Source: an uncultured bacterium (GTDB lineage: Bacteria; Chlamydiota; Chlamydiia; Chlamydiales; SM23-39). Taken from it: DNA of 64,000 nucleotides. Positions within the stretch are counted from its first letter, which is position 1, and each line of letters begins with the position of its first letter. This document shows, piece after piece, positions 57,407-64,000 of this stretch. Below the pieces are notes generated by a model. The model did no database searches and was not told the origin of the DNA. It saw only the letters and a program-made list of their open reading frames with translations. The position numbers and the translations under genes are program-made. The DNA is taken from NCBI GenBank assembly GCA_963716985.1, contig OY970323.1, forward strand, positions 768,001 to 832,000, read 5' to 3'.

Positions 57407-58300
57407 ATGACTTCTAAAGCCGTAACCCCATGTCAAGAATTGGTTGTTTACCAACCGCGTCCAACAATTCAGTCTTTGTTGGAAAAAGCTGTCGATGAGA
57501 CTTATAGACGCTCTTTAGAAGCACAAAGAGCTGATTACGGACATTTCCACCGCTGGGGAAGAGGTGATGTGATTGTTCTTGCAGGCACATCTACGGCTGG
57601 CAAATCTTCCATCGTCGAATCGTTAAAACGGCTCGAGCCGGAGCGCATTGAAGAAGACCTGGATTTACGGCGTGACCCGCGAATTATGACTCGCCCAGGA
57701 GATCAACAGCAAATGATCGACGATGTGATTGATCATTCCCTGCAGGGCAGAAATGTGGTAGTCCATGTTGACCAAGGGTACAAAGTAATCCAGCGCTTAT
57801 TTGAAAGAAATGTATCCGTTCCGCTGAGAGTTGTTTTAGCATTTTGCCCTTTTCATGAACTGTCAAAACGTTTGATCGAACGTAATGCAAAAGCTAGACT
57901 GCCAGGCGGAGACATCAAAAATATTCGCGATCCTTTGATGCCGATTGCCAATTTTGCCGAACTTTACACCCAAAAACAGGGTGCCGAACCAGGCTTGGAA
58001 AGGATCACAAAACTGCAAGCCACAATAGCATTTAATACTCACTTTGATGAAATGATCAAATTCGCCAGAGAACAGGGCCATCCTTTGCCGTCAGATGAAC
58101 AAATCGCAATTGATAAGACTGCTTCTCTTCAAGAATTCTTAGTGAATTTGGGATTTAAAGGCGATGTGGATACAGTCGAAATCGATCCCAGAAATAAAGC
58201 TGACTATCATTTCATTTTCAACACTTACGAGCATAGAGACCAGGCAGGTCTTGATGAAATTGCAAGAATTCTTCACACAGGAACTTATAAACGAATATGA
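57407..58300 (+). CDS. P-loop kinase-like protein with novel N-terminal leader
   Basis: VIVLAGTSTAGKSS Walker A, FCPFHELSKRLIERN lid; GGAG RBS. Confidence 0.75.
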   Translation: MTSKAVTPCQELVVYQPRPTIQSLLEKAVDETYRRSLEAQRADYGHFHRWGRGDVIVLAGTSTAGKSSIVESLKRLEPERIEEDLDLRRDPRIMTRPGDQQQMIDDVIDHSLQGRNVVVHVDQGYKVIQRLFERNVSVPLRVVLAFCPFHELSKRLIERNAKARLPGGDIKNIRDPLMPIANFAELYTQKQGAEPGLERITKLQATIAFNTHFDEMIKFAREQGHPLPSDEQIAIDKTASLQEFLVNLGFKGDVDTVEIDPRNKADYHFIFNTYEHRDQAGLDEIARILHTGTYKRI

Positions 58301-58322
58301 TACGCAAATCGCGGATACGCTT

Positions 58323-59363
58323 TTATTCGTGAACAGTTTCTTTTAACTGCTCTTGTAGAAAAGATCGAATATCGCTTCTCACTTGATCAAAGAGCTTGAT
58401 CCTTTCATCAGTGTCGCCATAAAACCAGCCCATTTGAGGGGATAGGGGGCATTCGATATTGAAATAGGCGGCATCGACAAAGCTTCCATGATGGGTCTGT
58501 TTGTAATAAACAAACTTGTGGCCCAAACGTTTCATAAAATCCAATTCGCCGGAATTTTTTTGCTCTAACTCCCGTTTTTCTGAAAAAAGCATGAATGCAG
58601 GATAGCGATTGCTCAAAGGAAAGGGGAAAAGCTGTGGATCGATCGCCACAATGCATTCCTTGGCGTCCGTTGATTCATGGGGAAATAGGGTAGCAGAGGG
58701 ATTCCCATAGCCATTCGATGCAAAAAGCACGATGGAATTGGCTCCCATGGAATAGCCAATGCATCCTACGCGCTGCAAATTCAGAGAATCATAAAATTCA
58801 TTTTCATTGTTCTTTTTGAGCCAATCAAAAACAAAACGCATATTATTGATAACGCGGGCATATTTTATCAGATTTGTTTCTTTGTCATTTTTTAACTGAT
58901 GCTGAATCGCAATCACAACATAGCCATGGCTCGCCAAATCCTCAGCAATATAGGCCAGATCGGATAATAGACATCCATTCCCATGATTGAGAAAAATGAT
59001 CGGGTGTTTCCTCGTGTTTTTTAAAAAGCTGAGATCAGCTTCTCTTTTGCCAAATACGCTGTCATTTAATTGTTTCCATGTGGTGAGGAAATCGAAAATA
59101 TCCAATGCCCTCTCTTCTAAAAATTTTGGACAGGGGATTTGCGGTCCCTCTTGCTTGGGGAAATAGACCCAAATAGGCACCAGCCTGCCATTCGGATATT
59201 CCGGCTCTGTACGCCCCTGGTCGATCAAATCGAACGGTTTGATTCCTACTTGATAAGCTCCTGTAGGCACAGGCAGTTGATGCAGCTCGCTTTTGATTTC
59301 CGCAGAAAATCCCACAATGGAAATGATTGTGAAAATTAACAGGAAAAAACGATTTGTTTTCAT
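58323..59363 (-). CDS. Secreted PAF-acetylhydrolase-like alpha/beta hydrolase
   Basis: Signal peptide, LPVPTGAYQVG, LASHGYVV, GYSMGA, HGSFVD. Confidence 0.85.
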   Translation of the reverse strand: MKTNRFFLLIFTIISIVGFSAEIKSELHQLPVPTGAYQVGIKPFDLIDQGRTEPEYPNGRLVPIWVYFPKQEGPQIPCPKFLEERALDIFDFLTTWKQLNDSVFGKREADLSFLKNTRKHPIIFLNHGNGCLLSDLAYIAEDLASHGYVVIAIQHQLKNDKETNLIKYARVINNMRFVFDWLKKNNENEFYDSLNLQRVGCIGYSMGANSIVLFASNGYGNPSATLFPHESTDAKECIVAIDPQLFPFPLSNRYPAFMLFSEKRELEQKNSGELDFMKRLGHKFVYYKQTHHGSFVDAAYFNIECPLSPQMGWFYGDTDERIKLFDQVRSDIRSFLQEQLKETVHE

Positions 59364-59369
59364 ACTTAC

Positions 59370-60206
59370 CTAACATCGGCTAAGAGGGGAAATCATAAAT
59401 GGCTGATCGCAAGGAAACGCTCCATGAACCATGAGATAGCCATCATCGTACTTAAATGGCTCAGGCATCGCATCCCCACTCAAACGATCCGGAGAAAAAT
59501 AAAAATAAATGTCGTCAATAGGCTCGGAAAAATGATCAAGGATCGACTCAAGGGCAGGCAGCTTGCAGGCAACGACATCGAATAAATGCAGCGTTCGATT
59601 TTCCAATTGAAAAGAGATAAATCCATCCATCTGTTGGCTGTAATGCAAAGACCAATAGGCGGGATAGGAGGCAGCATACAGCATATTGAATAAAGCAATG
59701 CGTCCATCATCTTCGATCCATACGCGATGCGACAAAGGCTCTCTTTCACGAAAACATCGTAAAAAAAGAGAATCATCGGCGGGAGAAACCACCGGTCTTA
59801 AGGCTTGGCGTCCTTTTGTGTGCCGGCAGGGCAAATGGAATCGATGTTCTGGAACATTGCGAAATGACAGTTTCTGATAAAAATCCGAAAGATCGGTGAA
59901 TAGAATCGTAAAATCGCAGTGTTTTTCAGACCATTGCATTGCTTCGCGTATCAACTCAGAAGCATAACCCCGGCCGCGATGAGTCGTTTTCGTGCAAATA
60001 GCATGCAAAGCGCCTGCTTTTTGTCTTTTGCCGTTGATAAGTATGGAGCATTCGAAAAAACCCACGTAGGAAAGGACAGCGTCATTTTCTTCTTTAGTAA
60101 AGATTCGTCCCGATCCCCATGAAAATCCAAGATTTTCGTATCGGACAATACGGGTTTTAATCCCAGGAAACGCTTCTTCCAGTAAATTTAGATAAGGTTT
60201 GTCCAT
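59370..60206 (-). CDS. GNAT acetyltransferase
   Basis: ICTKTTHRGRGYASELI, FYQKLSF. Confidence 0.85.
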   Translation of the reverse strand: MDKPYLNLLEEAFPGIKTRIVRYENLGFSWGSGRIFTKEENDAVLSYVGFFECSILINGKRQKAGALHAICTKTTHRGRGYASELIREAMQWSEKHCDFTILFTDLSDFYQKLSFRNVPEHRFHLPCRHTKGRQALRPVVSPADDSLFLRCFREREPLSHRVWIEDDGRIALFNMLYAASYPAYWSLHYSQQMDGFISFQLENRTLHLFDVVACKLPALESILDHFSEPIDDIYFYFSPDRLSGDAMPEPFKYDDGYLMVHGAFPCDQPFMISPLSRC

Positions 60207-60402
60207 TCTTGGCGCCTAAAAACTGCGGCCATTTTACCATGAGCGGCATTCTTATGGAAAGGGGCTAATAATTTTTAAAATTTCTAATTGATATGATTTT
60301 GATCTGCAAATATGTATTAATAAAGTTTTTATATTACTACCGCTATTATTACCCTTATATTGATTCCTCTTTCGCAGTGTTTTTCAAATGGATTCGTTCA
60401 GC

Positions 60403-61635
60403 TCATGAAAAAGGCACGATTTGCTGGCAGTTTTTGCAGATCTTATCGATGGTTTGAGCAAATCTCTGTTTTTCGTCGTCCGGAATATTGTGAAACACAA
60501 TTTGCTCGGCCAGTTCGTGAATGAACCAGATTTTTGCAATCGCTTCCCTGCCTTTCTCTGAAAGGGACAGCTGCTTGCCGTTTTGCAACACAAAGCCATG
60601 CTCAATCAACGGCTTAAGTTCAGATTGCACATTGATCAAAGGGGAAAGGCCGGCATCATGAGAGAGCTTTTCAGCATTCGAGATCTCATCGCATTGCAAA
60701 ATCATCATCATGATCGCTTGGTCGGCGTTAAACGGCGTGGTTTCTTTCAGCTTGGCGTCGAAGACCAATCGCCCCCATCTGGAAGCGCAATACAGATGGT
60801 TTCCTAACGATTCTTGAATTTTTTTGGTAAGCATGGCCAAGGTCCATTTGATTTTCATTTCATAGATGCTAATTCCAGCCGCGACCCCAACGTTCAATGA
60901 TTCGATCGCTTTGCTCATCGGAATTTGAATTTTGATATCCGCAAGATCGGCTACTTCTGCGCTCACGCCATTTGTTTCATTGCCAAATACAATGGCGAGG
61001 GGTTTGGGCTGAACGTTTGCAAATGATTGCATTGTGCTGCCTTGCAGGGTGGTAACTGCGATTTGATAGCCTTGTTTTTTTAAATGCTGAATAGCTTCAA
61101 TCCCCGTTAGAAAGCGCTGCAGATGAGCGTGGAAAACAGTTCCTCTGGAAGCATCTATCGTCTTTTTGTAGAAAAAATCTTGGGTTTCTTTTGTCGAAAC
61201 AAACTCCTGAATATCAAAAGCTGCTGCCGTACGAATAATCGTCCCAACGTTGCCAAAATCATTCACTTCATCCAAAACGATGACGCAGTCGCTTTTATGC
61301 ACATCAATCGAAGGAAAGCGCGCAACTCCGACAATAGGAATTAGATAGGATGTATCGGTAATCTTTTTGAGAATGCCATCCGTCATAAAAAAGAGGGGGA
61401 TGTTTTTCGTTTTCAATGTGGCAAGAACCGGCGCATTGGACTGCTGATCGTGAACAAATACATGCTCGATCTTGCATGGGCTCTCGAGGGCCCACAATAT
61501 TTGTTCTTCTCCCTCTAGAAGAAATTTCTGAGCGGCCAACCGTCCTGCGGCAGAATGAAGAGATCGAGCCTCGACAATTCGATCATCTTTGATGGAGGTG
61601 ATTTTCGAGTCCATAATCCATCCGCCTAAGTACAA
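60403..61635 (-). CDS. TrmH/SpoU RNA methyltransferase fused to a C-terminal MarR-like winged helix
   Basis: DFGNVGTIIRTA, VFGNETNGVS, IPM...ESLNVGVAAGI; C-terminal LIEHGFV...LSLSEKG. Confidence 0.85.
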   Translation of the reverse strand: MYLGGWIMDSKITSIKDDRIVEARSLHSAAGRLAAQKFLLEGEEQILWALESPCKIEHVFVHDQQSNAPVLATLKTKNIPLFFMTDGILKKITDTSYLIPIVGVARFPSIDVHKSDCVIVLDEVNDFGNVGTIIRTAAAFDIQEFVSTKETQDFFYKKTIDASRGTVFHAHLQRFLTGIEAIQHLKKQGYQIAVTTLQGSTMQSFANVQPKPLAIVFGNETNGVSAEVADLADIKIQIPMSKAIESLNVGVAAGISIYEMKIKWTLAMLTKKIQESLGNHLYCASRWGRLVFDAKLKETTPFNADQAIMMMILQCDEISNAEKLSHDAGLSPLINVQSELKPLIEHGFVLQNGKQLSLSEKGREAIAKIWFIHELAEQIVFHNIPDDEKQRFAQTIDKICKNCQQIVPFS

Positions 61636-62600
61636 ACCAGCAATCGCTCGGACCCTAAGCCGCTAATCAAAAAGCGCTCTTTTTGATTGCTGAGCAGCTG
61701 TCTAGTCCAATTTGTAAACCCACCATCCACGAGCAGTAAATCATTGCCAGCAGCATCTTTAGCAAAAATATGATAACAAGCGTCGGAGTAATACCCGCGC
61801 CCCGTTTCACGTTTTTGATCAAATTCTATTCTCACATGGCTATGTTCTGCAGCCAAACGATTCAATACCTTTTGCTGCAGCATATCTATGCGGCTTTCAT
61901 CTAACGCTGTCACATGCACCGACAAATCCCGCACTTTGATGCCCAGCTCATGAGATTTGAGTAATAACTGAATGAAAAAAGAGATGTGCTCAAACAGAGC
62001 CTCAGTTTCAAAGATGAATGAACCCTCGTCTAAACCTGCAGTCGTTAAAGCCAGCAATCGAAAATGAGAAAAAAAAGCAGCCCCCTCAAATTTTTGGCAC
62101 CGCACCACCCTTTGACTAGCGCATAGCTTGATTTTGGAGGGATCGCCCCCTTCTTTTTTGAGCCGCTGTTTTCTGGCAGCCGACTCCAAAGCCAAAACGT
62201 TGGTGGGATCCGAGCAAACCTCGACATTCCGGATCGTTGATAAGGCGTTATTTTGATCGACAGCTGCGATTACGGAGTTGGCTCCCAGCGGCGCTAAGGG
62301 CGAAAGCTCGATCATTTCAAAATCTTTGGGAAGAAGCGTTGCAGCGAACAAATCAAACTTCATCGCCTCGCAAACATTGGCTTTGGCAGGTTGGACAAAA
62401 CGGTTATTCGTGTATTGCTGCAATAAGAGTTTAGGAGTGACCTTTTTGGTTTTTTCGCGATAGACCTCTAACAAGAGAGAAGTCAAATCAGGAAATGAAC
62501 ATTTTTCGACCAAATTTTCGAATAAATGAGGGCTTTGCAATTCGGTTTCAATTCTTTGAACGATTTTTTTCTGCATGTTTCTCCTATTGAACCGGCTCAA
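61626..62600 (-). CDS. Hypothetical protein with class II aminoacyl-tRNA-synthetase-like core
   Basis: SDPTNVLAL, QRVVR.Q.F...HF (motif-2-like), DGGF, ISGLGSERL (motif-3-like). Confidence 0.6.
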   Translation of the reverse strand: MSRFNRRNMQKKIVQRIETELQSPHLFENLVEKCSFPDLTSLLLEVYREKTKKVTPKLLLQQYTNNRFVQPAKANVCEAMKFDLFAATLLPKDFEMIELSPLAPLGANSVIAAVDQNNALSTIRNVEVCSDPTNVLALESAARKQRLKKEGGDPSKIKLCASQRVVRCQKFEGAAFFSHFRLLALTTAGLDEGSFIFETEALFEHISFFIQLLLKSHELGIKVRDLSVHVTALDESRIDMLQQKVLNRLAAEHSHVRIEFDQKRETGRGYYSDACYHIFAKDAAGNDLLLVDGGFTNWTRQLLSNQKERFLISGLGSERLLVCT

Positions 62601-63411
62601 ACAGGCCCACGTAATAGCCGTCAGTCATTTCAAAACCTAAATCCAGATAGCATTTTCGGGCTGCAATATTTTCTCTACCGGTGAAAATCACTACTTTCTG
62701 AGCCCCTTTTTTCTGCATAAACTGGATGAGATGCGAGCACAGCGCCTTGGCATATCCTCTTCGTTGGTAAACAGGATCTGTGGCTACGCCTAAAAATTGA
62801 AACGCATGAATGGCGAGGCCGTTGCTCGTCGCCACCGCCACAATTTTTCCGTCTACTTCCAAACAAAACGATGCATCACAGGCGCGCACTTTTATTCGCT
62901 CTTCTTCAGTAATCGGAGCATCCATGGTGACATGATGGATTAAACGCTGCAATCGAGCGACTGTATCGACATCCTTATCTGCTACTGGACGAATAGATAC
63001 CTTCGGCAAAGAAAATGGCTTAAAATGCTCCATCACCAGTTCGAAAAAATCCATTTCAGGGGGATTAATTGGCTTGCGTCCCGATGCTACAAACTCAGCA
63101 TATGCTGGCTCAATCATCTTGGACATTCCAAGCAATGCATTCACCGAAGAATGCTCTTTCAATACGATTCGAGCGAATGCCCTTGATGCCTCGGAGCTCT
63201 CAGAAAAAATCGTGCAGGATTGAAAGGTGGGGTAGTACCCACATACACCAACGATCCGGTTATTTTCTTTGGCGATATAAATAAAAGCCGGCTGGAAATG
63301 GCTTTGCAAATTGCCCAAAAGAAACAGCGCCTGTGCTTCATGAGGCGCAAGATAGGCGATGAGTTCTTTTCGCGCTGATTCTTGATTGCCATCGAATTGA
63401 GTAATTTTCAT
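62584..63411 (-). CDS. GNAT acetyltransferase (tandem-domain type)
   Basis: GVATDPVYQRRGYA, NIAARKCYLDLGF. Confidence 0.85.
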   Translation of the reverse strand: MKITQFDGNQESARKELIAYLAPHEAQALFLLGNLQSHFQPAFIYIAKENNRIVGVCGYYPTFQSCTIFSESSEASRAFARIVLKEHSSVNALLGMSKMIEPAYAEFVASGRKPINPPEMDFFELVMEHFKPFSLPKVSIRPVADKDVDTVARLQRLIHHVTMDAPITEEERIKVRACDASFCLEVDGKIVAVATSNGLAIHAFQFLGVATDPVYQRRGYAKALCSHLIQFMQKKGAQKVVIFTGRENIAARKCYLDLGFEMTDGYYVGLFEPVQ

Positions 63412-63418
63412 ATTAGTT

Positions 63419-64000
63419 TTACCGCATCCATTTCCAAATTTTTTGCCTCAAAGAAAAATGAGGATACCATGCGAAAAAAACAAATGCCGATATGAGCATA
63501 ATCAATCCGCCGCCCCATATAGGCAAGGTGGGATGAGCGCCCACAAGCGATCCGGAAAATAAAGAGCTCACAATGGCAGATAGTCCCCAAATCGATCCCA
63601 AAATTCCTAGAGCTTCCCCTTGAATTTGCGGCGATGCTTGGTTGGATATTAATGTGCTAAATGACGGTAAAACATAAGCTAAAAATGAGAACTTCAAAAT
63701 GATCATTACCCACATCCATAAAAGAGAAGCATTTAACAATATGGCTAAAATGGAAATCCCGCCAAAAAACAATCCGCCGAACACCAATGTTTCTACTTTC
63801 AGCCATTTAGATATAGGACGGATGAGAATGCCGCTATTGAAGGCATAAACGCCGCTGGCAATGCCAAAGAAAACACCCAAATCCTTGGATGAAAAGTGGT
63901 ATTGATCGATCAAATATACGGGAATGAATTCAACAAATAAGGTCCAGGCAAAATTGGCAAGAAAACACGCTAGAAAAACGATTTGCAACCCTTCTAGATG
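63419..64000 (-). CDS. MFS transporter (TetA/DHA1-like), 5' part outside the window
   Basis: Multiple TM helices, LISNQASPQIQGEALG; frame is open to the window edge. Confidence 0.85.
   Translation of the reverse strand, partial: HLEGLQIVFLACFLANFAWTLFVEFIPVYLIDQYHFSSKDLGVFFGIASGVYAFNSGILIRPISKWLKVETLVFGGLFFGGISILAILLNASLLWMWVMIILKFSFLAYVLPSFSTLISNQASPQIQGEALGILGSIWGLSAIVSSLFSGSLVGAHPTLPIWGGGLIMLISAFVFFAWYPHFSLRQKIWKWMR

Noticed and set aside
1..64000. CRISPR array, tRNA or rRNA genes
   Set aside because: No regularly spaced repeat-spacer series, cloverleaf or rRNA-like segment was recognised by eye; a covariance-model scan would be needed to exclude small RNAs.
43200..64000. Integron cassette array
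   Set aside because: No repeated attC-like sites between genes, many genes overlap, orientation is mixed, and the nearby recombinase does not look like IntI.

Overview
Bacterial chromosomal window, most likely from an environmental member of the Chlamydiota. This is inferred from a chlamydial-plasmid pGP8-like tyrosine recombinase, a TyrP/Mtr permease and several orphan effector-like proteins; no database search was possible. Bases 1-20.7 kb look like backbone: YggU/DUF167, an aromatic amino-acid permease with a leader-peptide attenuator, hcp, a PIF1-like helicase fused to a WYL domain, PolX-PHP, a ~1.05-kb tandem duplication of an orphan membrane protein, a YbhGFSR-type efflux operon with outer-membrane factor, an APC permease and a double-domain aspartyl protease. 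From ~20.8 kb to the end the window is an accessory mosaic: Fic, an IS110 with a structured downstream non-coding region, a repeat-passenger autotransporter, a DTD2-like deacylase/GntR operon, an IS701-like element and a decayed tailed-phage packaging module (DUF1064, ParB-methylase, terS, terL, truncated DUF1073 portal). That module is interrupted by the pGP8-like recombinase, which has a perfect dif-like 11-6-11 site upstream. A long run of detoxification/resistance-type genes follows (MerR/TipA, GNATs, hydrolases, ABC-2, ABC-F with a uORF attenuator, kinases, TrmH-MarR). Most notable: the recombinase/site/phage module, two divergent unrelated enzymes sharing an N-terminal leader, a secreted 2H-phosphoesterase candidate, a bacterial DTD2-like operon and several attenuators. 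No rRNA, tRNA or CRISPR array was seen.
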